Of a DNA stretch of 64,000 nt, positions 39,306-57,171 are shown piece by piece. The notes under the pieces are model-generated. The model was not told where the DNA came from and made no database searches. It saw only the letters and a list, made by a program, of their open reading frames with translations. The translations under genes and the position numbers were made by a program. The stretch is from Macrostomum lignano (lineage: Eukaryota): positions 310,001-374,000 of the forward strand of contig NIVC01000236.1 in assembly GCA_002269645.1 (NCBI GenBank), given 5' to 3'. Each line of letters begins with the position of its first letter. Within the stretch, counting starts at the first letter, position 1.

Positions 39306-39466
39306 TGACACTGGCGCTGACACTGGCGCTGGGGCTGCCGCTGACAAATTTTCCCATCCCTCAAACTAAAGAGCAATGTTAACCTGATTCACCGTCCTCG
39401 AACGGCCAAAGAGGTGGCAAAATCTGTTTATTTATAATAATTTTTTGCTTCACAAATGGCAGTTAA

Positions 39467-41440
39467 TCAAACTTTGAGCAGCATTCGGATGTACTTTAGC
39501 GTGACGTTGCCGCTGAGCGACCTGGAGTCCAGGTACTCCCACCGGATGCCAGACTCGTTGCGCACGTTGGTTTCGAAGAAGAGGCCGTTTGGGTTGCACT
39601 TGCCGCAGCGATTGAACCACCAGCCGCCTGAGCCACCCCTGATCAGGGAGCAGGAGTGGTCCCAGCGGTCATTGTCGCGGTCCATGGTGGAGAAGGCCCG
39701 GCCGCGGCTCTCGGCCAGAGCGTCTCGCTCCACCGAGGACTTGGCCTTGTTGAAGGCCGAGTAGGTCATCGAGTAAGCGGGCGCCGACCCGACCTTGAAG
39801 TTGGTGTACTCAGCGTGGAACAGGTCCTGGTCGAAGGTGGAGCTCCGGTGCCGGATCAGCTCCACCCGGAGGATGCGGTTGGTCTTCGTCAGCAAGTGCA
39901 GCAGCTTGAGGCCTGGGGACAGCCATCGATTTGGAGGCCTGAATCCCGACTGCCTGAGGCTCACCCAAGACCCTGAATCCCGACTGCCTGAGGCTCACCC
40001 AAGACCCTGAATCCCGACTGACTGAGCCTCACCCAAGACCCTGAATCCCGACTGCCTGAGGCTCACCCAAGACCCTGAATCCCGACTGACTGAGGCTCAC
40101 CCAAAATCCTGAATCCCGACTGCCTGAGGCTCACCCAAGACCCTGAATCCCCACTGCCTGAGGCTCACCCAAGACCCTGAATCCCGACTGACTGAGGCTC
40201 ACCCAAGACCCTGAATCCCGACTGACTGAGGCTCACCCAAAATCCTGAATCCCGACTGACTGAGGCTCACCCAACTCACCCATCCAATAGTCGTCGCGGG
40301 GATCCCCAAAGCCGGTTTCATAGTCGGCGAAGGGCCGCTGGAAGCTCACTCTCCCGCTGGACCGCTGCTGCACCAGGAAGTACAACTGGCCGTCCACCTC
40401 CACCACCTTGGTGTGGTTTTCCGCTGCCGGTTCGGGCGCCGCCACACCGGACCCCAGCAGCTGGCCGCCCTGCAACGGCCGCAGCAGCTCATTCTGGCAG
40501 GAGAACAGACCGGCCGCGACCAGACGGACAGAATTGCTGAGCATTGAGTACTCCTGTGAGCTCAGCGACAGCCTCAGCCTTTCGAAATAAATGCTGGGCT
40601 GATTGGCGATGCCTTGGCTGGAAAAAATTGAAGCATGCAGCTGTTTTCAAGCGGCAAAAATTGCAAGCAATGAGTTTGGCACTAAACCAATGCAGAGTGC
40701 ACTGACGTCATGGACATTCTATTGTACATTGTGTCCTTTGGTATGCAGAACCTCTAATTCAACTGTTACATTTTAACGTGTCTCTCTAGAATTTTAATTC
40801 TATGGCGCATTTGTATGGAAATTTCAGTTTTCAGAAAGCAGTTTTTAATCCCCGGGAAGACCAACCTCATGTCTCGGCAGTGGCTCTCCGAAGTGCAGTA
40901 GGACCTCAGCAGCAGGTAGGTGCGGCCGCCAGCAACGCCGAGCCTCTTCTCCAGTTCGGCTTCCACTGCAGCGCTGTCAGTTGACAGCTGGAACTGGATC
41001 GCGCCAATGTTCATGAAGTTGACGGATGTCGGGAACAGATCGTGCAGCCGCCGCTTGGCCTTGTCAGCGAACGCCGGGTCGGCCAGCAGGACGGGAATGC
41101 GCAGGAAGTGGCGCGACCTGGCGTAGTCGAAGCCCGGACAGAGCAGCTGCTCCATGCCCGGCCGCCAGCACAGCAGCGGCTCCAGCAGGAAGCTGGCCTT
41201 GCTCAGCTGGGTCTTGTGCACCGCCGCCTGGCAGCCGTCAATCTCCAGGACTCTCAGAGCCTCTCTGTGCACCGAGCTATTCACCGAGGCTGACACAATC
41301 GATATTTCCTGGCTGATTGAAATCGAGCTCACGGAGCTGTTGACTCCTGCGGCGGTGAGCTGCGGCTGAGAGCAGAGCGCAGCCAGCAGCAGCGTGTTGC
41401 AGACTGTCAGCGCCGAGAAGCCCCTAAATCTTGAAGGCAT
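39467..41440 (-). CDS. secreted fibrinogen C-terminal domain protein (FReD; ficolin/angiopoietin-like superfamily), 3 exons, ~439 aa
   Basis: Exons 41440-40866, 40578-40280, 39912-39467 (1320 nt; phases 2 and 1). N-terminal hydrophobic signal-like segment. FBG motifs QQRSSGRVSFQRPFADYETGFG, YWMGL, FSTMDRDND, GGWWFNRC, NPNG. The exon 2 acceptor (aag) is inferred. Confidence 0.82.
39939..40273. repeat. 34-bp minisatellite (GAATCCCGACTGCCTGAGGCTCACCCAAGACCCT)
   Basis: About 10 copies filling intron 2 of the FReD gene. Confidence 0.92.
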
Positions 41441-42246
41441 GCTTAACTAAATGGCTGCTCTGCTAGTGAAGTTTTAAGCTGACTGAGCTGATGAAAAATG
41501 TTTTGCAATCCGCCCCTGGTGCGCCGCATTTATGGCGTTCGAATTTTAGCAGACATCGCAAGCGGAAACCAAAATTTCCTTAACTGGCGTTGATTTAATT
41601 CTGTTTATGCAAGATTCAAAATTACGCCAGCAGGCTGTGCTTTTACCCCCAAAATTGCACTGCAATATATGTACATAGTTTGCTATCTTACCTGTACCTG
41701 GATCTACCGTCTATATGTGAAAGTGTGTGACTCATTCGCGAGTCAGTCAAAGTTGGTGGAACGCGCGCTGTTGCATCAAGATTTGGAAATCATATCAGTT
41801 AAATCTGCATGTGCAGCAAAATGTAGAATAATTGCAAAATAAGGTCATGCAGTTTCAAACATGAAATTTTTCTATATTCCCTCCATTGGAAGCATAAACT
41901 TCTCATGCTGATCCCCCGTTCTAATTTTCAATGAATAAATAATTCGCTATCTCTGTATTCTCTAGGATTAACATATATATTTTTGTATATGAGGGCGAAT
42001 TTTAATTGCATAGGCTAATGGCTATATAGTATTTGACTTTGCTTGACTTTGCCGCCAGGGGCATCGACCAGCGGATGCAGTGAGGAGGCGGAGGAAACCG
42101 CCTATCCCCTGGTGTAGCGACCAATGACTTCCATCGAATTAAGTCCCGTCGTCTCGCCTGCAGCGCGGTCCTCCTCACCGGTGGTGGGGAAGAACTCAGC
42201 TCGTCCGGGCAAGCAGCGGTCAAGGACAGCTAAAGCAACATATATA

Positions 42247-43539
42247 CGAGGGGCACTATTAAAGTTCTGAGCCTGACCAAGATCTTATAGTGGCAAAGTG
42301 TTGAAACTTTAGGCTCTAAAAGCGCCACATGTTAATAGTCTATTGTCAACTTTTCAGAATTTTCTGCATTCCCTAAGTCCCACTGCACCATTTTATTTCC
42401 AGCACCCCATGGCATTTTCTCAAGAATTGAAGCTTGAGCACAGGGCAGTGATTAAATTTCTGACTCTGGAGGGCTCAAAGCCTGCTGAAATTCAAAGCCG
42501 CATGGCTAGTGTGTACGCTGACGCTGCCCCCTCATACGCCACCATAAAGCGCTGGGCAGCCGAGTTCAAGCGTGGCCGCGACTCGCTCGAAGATGACCCC
42601 CGATGTGGACGACCCCGGACTGCTGTCACTGCCGACAACATCCAGCGCATCCAGGCTCTGGTTGACAGTGACCAGCGGGTGAAAGTCAGAGAACTTGCGG
42701 CAGACACTGGACTCTCTGACCCGCAAGTCATTGAGATCCTGCACCAGCATCTTCATCTGTCCAAGGTTTCTGCCAGATGGATCCCACGAATCTTGACAAG
42801 GGACCAAAAGACCGCACGGGTGCAGTACTCAAAGCTTGTCCTGGACTCCTACGATCCGGACCCTGCCAACTTTCTGTCCTGCTGCGTGACCGGGGATGAG
42901 ACGTGGATCCATCACCACGATCCCGAGTCCAAGCAGGAGTCCAAGCAGTGGCTGCCAGTTGGTTCACCTGCACCACTGAAGGCACGGACTGCATGCAGTG
43001 CGGGCAAGATTATGCTCACCGTCTTCTGGGATGCCAAGGGCCCGCTGCTGCTGGACTTTCTACCGCACAAGCAGACAGTCACAGGCGCCTACTACGCTGA
43101 CCTGATCGCATGTCTGCGCGAGGCAATCAAGGAAAATAGGCGAGGGATGCTGAGCCGAGGTGTTGTGCTGCTGCACGACAATGCACCGGCCCACACTAGC
43201 AGGATTGCCAAGGCTGCTGTTAGTGTCGCAGGGTTTCGAGAGCTGCCGCACCAAGCCTATTCACCAGACCTGGCCCCGAGCGACTTCCACCTGTTTCCAC
43301 ATCTCAAGCGGGCGCTCCGTGGACAGCGATTTGACACTGATGATGCGCTGAAGGATGCTGCAACTGCTTGGTTTGAGGGCTGCTCGGTGCAATTCTTCCA
43401 GAGTGGCATTGAGGCGCTGTGATCAAGATGCCATAAGTGCATCTTGGTTGGGGGAGACTATGTTGAGAAAAGCTGATCTCACTTTGCCCATATCTCCTCT
43501 CTTTCATATTAAGGCTCAGAACTTTAATAGTGCCCCTCG
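42247..43539 (+). mobile_element. full-length mariner (DD34D) transposon, 1293 bp, perfect 28-bp TIRs, TA TSD
   Basis: TIR CGAGGGGCACTATTAAAGTTCTGAGCCT at 42247-42274, inverted at 43512-43539. TA on both flanks. Confidence 0.96.
42409..43476 (+). pseudogene. mariner transposase with one premature TGA (43420-43422)
   Basis: Motifs WIPRIL, VTGDETW, HDNAPAH and YSPDLAPSD, with 34 residues between the second and third Asp. The same frame continues after the TGA as SRCHKCILVGGDYVEKS, the usual mariner C-terminus. Confidence 0.88.
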
Positions 43540-44211
43540 TACTTAAGTAGTCCTTGGAGCGGTATGCTCTCTAGTCTGCAAACGTCGGAGTTTGGCCCCG
43601 AGTGAATCTGGCCCTGATGAAAGACCGGGCAGCTCAGTGGCAGATTGAGTGCTTATCATGTAGCGTTTTAACTGCTACATGTATCTGTCGAGCGATGGGC
43701 AACGCTCCTCAGGTACTCGTACCTGACATTGAAGGAAACGGTGATATTTAACTGATTACTTTGAACAAATTTTCATGCTCAAATCTATAGAACATATCTA
43801 TCTGTATCTATCTATGTATCTATCTAGCTGTACACACTGGATCATGTACATTGAGAGATCGAATAGTAATTTTTTCTTTTGTTGCCATAAGTCTTCGTTT
43901 GGCCCTATTATCTTTATACCGTAAGTATGTAAATTCTTTCAAAAATATTTTCATAACTTAATTGATAAATGTCAACAAATTTTGATTTTTATCTTACTAA
44001 TAGCTAATATACATTTCTTCCTACATGTGTCGTCAAACACGCTGTTTTGCTGGCTTGTATACAAGAGAAGGGATCAAAACTTGTATACAGATCATTCTTT
44101 AGTAAAATACAACATTTTTGCCTAATATATGGCAGTTTGTCAATGTTTTTATGTTCAACTTGTTTAAATGTTTTGCAAACTGTTTTTAAATATAATAAAA
44201 ATCTAAGAACG

Positions 44212-44264
44212 ATGAAAATTAAGTATCGTGGCATATTACGTGCTGCGTGCTGCGTACTAAGCTA

Positions 44265-44265
<1 letters not shown>
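44212..44265 (+). promoter_or_regulatory. candidate uORF (MKIKYRGILRAACCVLS) whose TAA overlaps the first in-frame AMD1 ATG (TAATG)
   Basis: Seen in sequence. Whether it lies in the mRNA leader is unknown. Confidence 0.4.
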
Positions 44266-50824
<6,559 letters not shown>

Positions 50825-51584
50825 GGACTCGGGGGTGGAGCGGCTGGGATTCTAATACCCTCCGCCCCACCCCTATGCGTATCGCGCCGGGCGGCCGCCA
50901 CCAAGCCGCCCAGTTGTCGCCGCTGCTGCATCCGCTGCGGCCAGCCTCCCCGCCGTCAGCTCGTGTCCGCCGCCGCCTCCCCCGCCCCCGGCCCGACCGC
51001 AGCCGCCAGCCCAGTGTTTCTGTGGGTGTCGACCCGCACCAGACGGAAGCACTGGGCAAGGGCGGTCTGGCACACCAAATGCTGTTGCTAATCTGCTTTA
51101 TAGTTGCCCAGCCTGTAGCTTCTTAGACTCTGTCGTATTTTATAGTTTTATCAAAATATTTATAACTCATTTTCACTAGCCTAATTTTTTCTCACGCTGT
51201 CGAGTTTTGTTCTCTCGTATTTGTTGTCGTCTGCGCAGCGGCACGATTTTCAGTGGTTATCCAGTTGCTATGCGAGGCTTCCGCACGCTATTTCGATGGC
51301 AACATGGACCTGCAGTTTTTTGTTTGTTTGACCACTAGCACCTGTGCACCTTTTTAATACCTGCCTCTTCTCAGGCGCTTTTTCATTTTTTGATAGTTTA
51401 GTTTTTTTCTGTTTTGAGCGTCTTTCTGTTGGTTGTTTTTTTTGACGGAGTTGCCATCGAAATTGTTCTGCTTTGTTTTTGGTTCGCTTGCGAGTTCGAG
51501 TTTTTGATCGATGAGATGCCCTTGCCAGTTGGATTGCTTATCACCTTTTGTAGAAATGCTTTCTTTTTTGTATCGCATCAGTTG

Positions 51585-52665
51585 TTTCTGGTACAATCGG
51601 AACCCACAGTCTGGTACAATCGGAACCCACAGTCTGGTACAATCGGAACCCACAGTCTGGTACGGGCGGAACCCACAGTCTGGTACAATCGGAACCCACA
51701 GTCTGGTACAATCGGAACCCACAGTCTGGTACAAGCGGAACCCACAATCTGGTACAGACGGAATTCCCACAGTCTGGTACAATCGGAACCCACAGTCTGG
51801 TACAGGCGGAACCCACAGTCTGGTACAACCGGAACCCACAGTCTGGTACAACCGGAACCCACAGTCTGGTACAACCGGAACCCACAATCTGGTACAGGTG
51901 GAACCCACAGTCTGGTACAGGTGGAACCCACAGTCTGGTACAGGCGGAACCCACAGTCTGGTACAGGCGGAACCCACAGTCTGGTACAGGTGGAACCCAC
52001 AGTCTGGTACAGGTGGAACCCACAGTCTGGTACAGGTGGAACCCACAGTCTGGTACAATCGGAACCCAGTCTGATACAGACGGAACCGTCAGTCTGGTAC
52101 AGGTGGAACCCACAGTCTGGTACAGGCGGAACCCACAGTCTGGTACAATCGGAACCCACAGTCTGGTACAATCGGAACCCACAGTCTGGTACAGGCGGAA
52201 CCCACAATCTGGTACAGGCGGAACCCACAATCTGGTACAGACGCAATTCCCACAGTCTGGTACAAGCGAAACCCACAGTCTGGTACAAGCGAAACCCACA
52301 GTCTGGTACAGGCGGAACCTACAGTCTGGTACAGGCGGAACCCACAGTCTGGTACAAGCGAAACCCACAGTCTGGTACAGGCGGAACCTACAGTCTGGTA
52401 CAGGCGGAACCCACAGTCTGGTACAGGCGGAACCTACAGTCTGGTACAGGCGGAACCCACAGTCTGGTACAGGCGGAACCCACAGTCTGGTACAGGCGGA
52501 ACCTACAGTCTGGTACAGGCGGAACCCACAGTCTGGTACAGGCGGAACCTACAGTCTGGTACAGGCGGAACCCACAGTCTGGTACAGGCGGAACCTACAG
52601 TCTGGTACAGGCGGAACCCACAGTCTGGTACAGGCGGAACCCACAGTCTGGTACAGGCGGAACCC
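51585..52665. repeat. 23-bp minisatellite (GGAACCCACAGTCTGGTACAGGC)
   Basis: About 47 copies. Confidence 0.93.
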
Positions 52666-53454
52666 TTATCTTTTCGAAATAAGTCTGGTTCTATCCTGTA
52701 CAGATGGGAAATGAATCCAAGGCAAACAGAGTTCCCTGCGTGATACAAAAAAGAAAGCAGGCGTTTAAACAGCGTATCCCATTTTTTATCATATTTTCTG
52801 AAGCAGTCAGATAGAAAATATTTTTCTCTTTAATTGCCACATTGGAGCTGAGAAGCCGTGGAATTTGATTCGTGCCACTGTCGGGAACTGTTCGGATGTG
52901 CCAGAAGTTTCTGAAGATCTGCATCTTTGATAATAGCGAACTTGGCACAGTTCCAGGGCTTCTCGCTCGCGAAGAATTCGAGTAGCAAATGATCTATTCC
53001 TTAAATTAATTATTTAACCGAAAACACTCGATTTAACAACTAGCGAGTTTTCGTTGATTTTGCACAAGCCGCGAGTCCCTGGGCACCCCGGGGGCTTCTG
53101 TTGGGCTCTGCTGCTTCCTCTCTGCCGTGTTCACTTTCCCCCCGCGATTAACTAGAATTTTCGCATCGCTTTAGTCTGTTTTATCGGCAACGAATATATC
53201 AATATTAAACTGCCTTGCCCTCCCGCGGCCGGCGAAAGGCACGAGTTGATGAGGCGGCGGTTGCAGTTCCAGATAATTCATTACCGCTTCGAGTTCTTTG
53301 TTCATTTATTAATCAGCTTTGCTTACAAAAGAGAAGTAGGTGTTGGTTAGTCATTCTAAAGCCCTTCCTACCAATTTTAATCGGAATCGGCACTCGAATT
53401 CCGCCTTTATCCAGCTTTGAAAGTGAGCATTCTCCTGGCCAATTTATAAACCCA

Positions 53455-54160
53455 AAATCGCCCCCAGATAAACCCAGAATCGCCCCAGCTAAACCCAGAA
53501 TCGCCCCAATCTAAGCCCAGAATCGCCCCCAGCCAAACCCAGAATCTGCCCCAGCTAAGTCCAGAATCGCCCCCCGCTAAGCCCAGAATCGCCCCAGCTA
53601 AGCCCAGAATCGCCCCTGCTAAGTCCAGAATCGCCCCAGCTAAGCCCAGAATCACCCCAGCTACGTCCAGAATCGCCCCAGCTAAGCCCAGAATCGCCCC
53701 AGCTAAGTCCAGAATCGCCCCCCGCTAAGCCCAGAATCGCCCCAGCTAAGCCCAGAATCGCCCCAGCTAAGTCCAGAATCGCCCCAGCTAAGCCCAGAAT
53801 CGCCCCAGCTAAGTCCAGAATCGCCCCAGCTAAGCCCAGAATCGCCCCAGCTAAGTCCAGAATCGCCCCCCGCTAAGCCCAGAATCGCCCCAGCTAAGTC
53901 CAGAATCGCCCCAGCTAAGTCCAGAATCGCCCCAGCTAAGCCCAGAATCGCCCCAGCTAAGTCCAGAATCGCCCCAGCTAAGCCCAGAATCGCCCCAGCT
54001 AAGTCCAGAATCGCCCCAGCTAAGCCCAGAATCGCCCCAGCTAAGTCCAGAATCGCCCCCCGCTAACCCCAGAATCGCCCCAGCTAAGCCCAGAATCGCC
54101 CCAGCTAAGTCCAGAATCGCCCCCCGCTAAGCCCAGAATCGCCCCCAGCCAAACCCGAAA
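53455..54160. repeat. 21-bp minisatellite (GCCCAGAATCGCCCCAGCTAA)
   Basis: Ends ~15 nt before the MEST-like ATG. Confidence 0.92.
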
Positions 54161-54174
54161 CCGCCCCCGCAGCC

Positions 54175-56007
54175 ATGTCTGCCTGCGCCCGCTGGCTGGG
54201 CACTGTCCTGATCGCAGCGGTCGCCCTTTCGCTGGGGCTGCTGCTCAACGTGCCGGAGCCGCCCGAGCGGCCATCGGCCAACCTCGCCAACTTGTCGCCG
54301 GCGCTGCAGCAGTGGCACGCGGGCGGCCGCATCCTGGAGGTGCTTCCGGGCTACCGGGTGTTCACCCTGACCGCCGACCGGCCCAACTGGTCCGGCGACC
54401 CCAACGGCGCCGAGGCCAGGCAGCTGTGCCTCATCCACGGCTTTCCTTCGTCCAGCTTCGACTATCGCAAAGCGCTGCCCCGGCTGCTGGCCGGCTTCCA
54501 CCGGGTGGTGATGTTCGACCACGTTGGCTTCGGCTTCTCCGGCCAGCTGCCGGCAAACTACTCCTACTCCATCCAGGACCACGCCGATGTCACGCTGGCC
54601 GTGTGGAAGGCGCTCGGTGTGCGGCGGTGAGGCTTGCGCACTTGAATCAGGGGCGTCATGCCAATGCTTTTCAATAAATCAATGATTTTGCTTCAGGCCG
54701 ACAAAATACAGCACTCGCGGCACCAAAATGCGGGCCTGCGGTTCTAAAATGAGTGCCTGCGGCGCTAAAATGAGTGCCTGCGGCGCCAAAATGAGTGCCT
54801 GCGGCGCCAAAATGAGTGCCTGCGGCGCTAAAATGAGTGCCTGCGGCGCCAAAATGAGTGCCTGCGGCGCCAAAATGAGTGCCTGCGGCGCTAAAATGAG
54901 TGCCTGCGGCGCTAAAATGAGTGCCTGCGGCGCCAAAATGAGTGCCTGCGGCGCCAAAATGAGTGCCTGCGGCGCTAAAATGAGTGCCTGCGGCGCCAAA
55001 ATGAGTGCCTGCGGCGCCAAAATGAGTGCCTGCGGCGCTAAAATGAGTGCCTGCGACGCTAAAATGAGTGCCTGCGGCGCTAAATTGAGTGCCTGCGCAA
55101 AACACTGATTCTGAAAATAATGTACGTGTACGTGTAGAGTTGTTGGCTTTGTCCCCCCACCATAAAATCTATGGCGACGCCCCTGACTAGATCATCATCT
55201 TGTACATGCACAGTGTACATGCCTAACCATGAGTCAGGGGCTGCTGTACACCCTCTGTGAGCGCGGGTAGAAATGCTGCCTTGCACCGGGGCGCTCACGA
55301 GCCTTGTCTCGAATGTTGATTTCATACAGCATTCCACCGACACCAACTCTGACGTCGCACGCAGGTGCCACGCGGTCGCGCACGACATGGGCGACTCCGT
55401 GCTGGCGGAGCTGCTGACGCGGCACTCGCGCGGCCTCTTGCCCGACCGGTTCCAGCACGGCTTCTTTCAGTCGGTGACGTTCACCAACGGCGGCATGATC
55501 ATCGGCCTGGCCAGTCTGCGCCTCAGCCAGCGCATCCTCCGCCTGCCGCTGCTCGGCCCGGCGCTGGCCTGGCTCAGCGCCAGCGGCCTGCAGCCCCCCG
55601 GCTTCGTCAATCAGCAGCTCCGCTCCATCTGGGGCCCCGGCGCCGACGAGGCCCAGCGAAACGCCGACATCACCGACCTGCTGGACCTGAACCGGGAGTT
55701 CGGCGCCGCCTGGAACCTGCACCGGAGTATCCGGTACCTGGACGACCGCTTCCTGTTCGAGCAGCGCTGGCTAGACTCGCTCGGCTCTCTGCGCCTGCCC
55801 TGCCGCCTGCTCTGGGGCGACTCTGACGCGGTCAGCCCGCAGGCGATTCCCCGGACCCTGCACTCGCGCTACCTGCCGCAGTGCCGGCTGCACTTCCTGA
55901 CTGGCGTGGGCCACTTCCTCATGATGGAGGCGCCCATTAGCTGGGCCGATTTTCTTATCAGCGTTGCCAAGGAGACTGAGGAGGGCGGAGGAGGGGCGAA
56001 GGTTTAA
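54175..56007 (+). CDS. MEST: MEST/PEG1-like alpha/beta hydrolase (epoxide hydrolase-like fold), 2 exons, 364 aa
   Basis: Exons 54175-54626 and 55365-56007 (phase 2). N-terminal hydrophobic anchor. Motifs IHGFPSSS, DHVGFGFS, AHDMGDSV (nucleophile Asp), NGG, WGDSD, VGHF. Confidence 0.88.
54648..55185 (-). mobile_element. hAT-like MITE copy B with internal 21-bp minisatellite (~16 units)
   Basis: TIRs CAGGGGCGTC...GACGCCCCTG; same repeat unit as copy A. Flanks ACTTGAAT and ACTAGATC match only partly, so no TSD is established. Confidence 0.75.
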
Positions 56008-56116
56008 ACTGCCCGAGCTGGGGCTGCGGAGCTTCTGAGCGAAAGCTGATGCAGTTGCTGGCCGGTTTGAACGTTTATAATCTGCTCGGCCGAATTCCCT
56101 TTCTAACCGAGTCGGT

Positions 56117-56378
56117 GTGGGGGATTATCGAGTCAGTCTGGGGATTATCGAGTCAGTCTGGGGATTATCGAGTCAGTCTGGGGATTATCGAGTCAGTCTG
56201 GGGATTATCGAGTCAGTCTGGGGATTATCGAGTCAGTCTGGGGATTATCGAGTCAGTCTGGGGATTATCGAGTCAGTCTGGGGATTATCGAGTCAGTCTG
56301 GGGATTATCGAGTCAGTCTGGGGATTATCGAGTCAGTCTGGGGATTATCGAGTCAGTCTGGGGGATTATCGAGTCAGT
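56117..56378. repeat. 20-bp minisatellite (GGGATTATCGAGTCAGTCTG)
   Basis: About 13 near-perfect copies. Confidence 0.93.
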
Positions 56379-57171
56379 GTGCGGATTGTTCTCTCCTGAG
56401 CGACTCATTGTGAGATTAACGACAAATGAGCAACTTTCTGATTGAGCTTACAGCAAAAATCGGAACTGAAGTTATTCGCCAGCAAATCTATCAGACATTC
56501 TGTAGCATCCAATTATTTATTTGACTCCGTGAATAATTTTTCCGAATGTTAACCATGTCAATGAATTACAGTTTTTACTTTCTCCAATCGCAATCCGCCT
56601 GATTTGTTGCCACCTATTAATTTGCCGAGTTGATTAGCTTAATAAAAATATGCACTTGCTTTGTACCTTGATTTAGTTAATTATGTTAAACACCTGTGCA
56701 CACGGTTCAGCGGCACTGGCCTTCAACTGTCTGCTTTCACTTACAGAGCTGCTCACAGGCACGAGGCCTGGTACCAGCGCATGGAACTTTCCATTTTGGC
56801 ATGCGCCGGCTTGCGTTTGCGGTGCATGTGTGCACTTTTAACTGGCCTAGTGTGCCTATCTGCGCTTCATGCGGTATGCCCGCCAGCCCCCTGTCTGGCA
56901 CTGCAGTAACTGCTAACTGCAACTGTTAACTGTTCGCCTTAGCTATTTGGCTTGGGCGGGGTAATGCATTTTTACTAGGTTTAGTTGACCAAGCCTATAA
57001 AGATTGCCGTGTACTTTCCATTTGGGGGGAGGCTCCGGTTTCCCCCCCCCCCTCCCGGAGTGTTTTGTGTACTTCGTTAGCAAGTGCAACTAATGCCTAT
57101 GTTAATCCTTTAGCCACACTGACTGATCTACCATACCACTCAAAAAGGCTATATTGGCTATGGCCATACCA

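Noticed and set aside
43540-43556. 17-bp match TACTTAAGTAGTCCTTG shared with ~16037-16053
   Set aside because: Flanks do not align; a single short AT-rich match.
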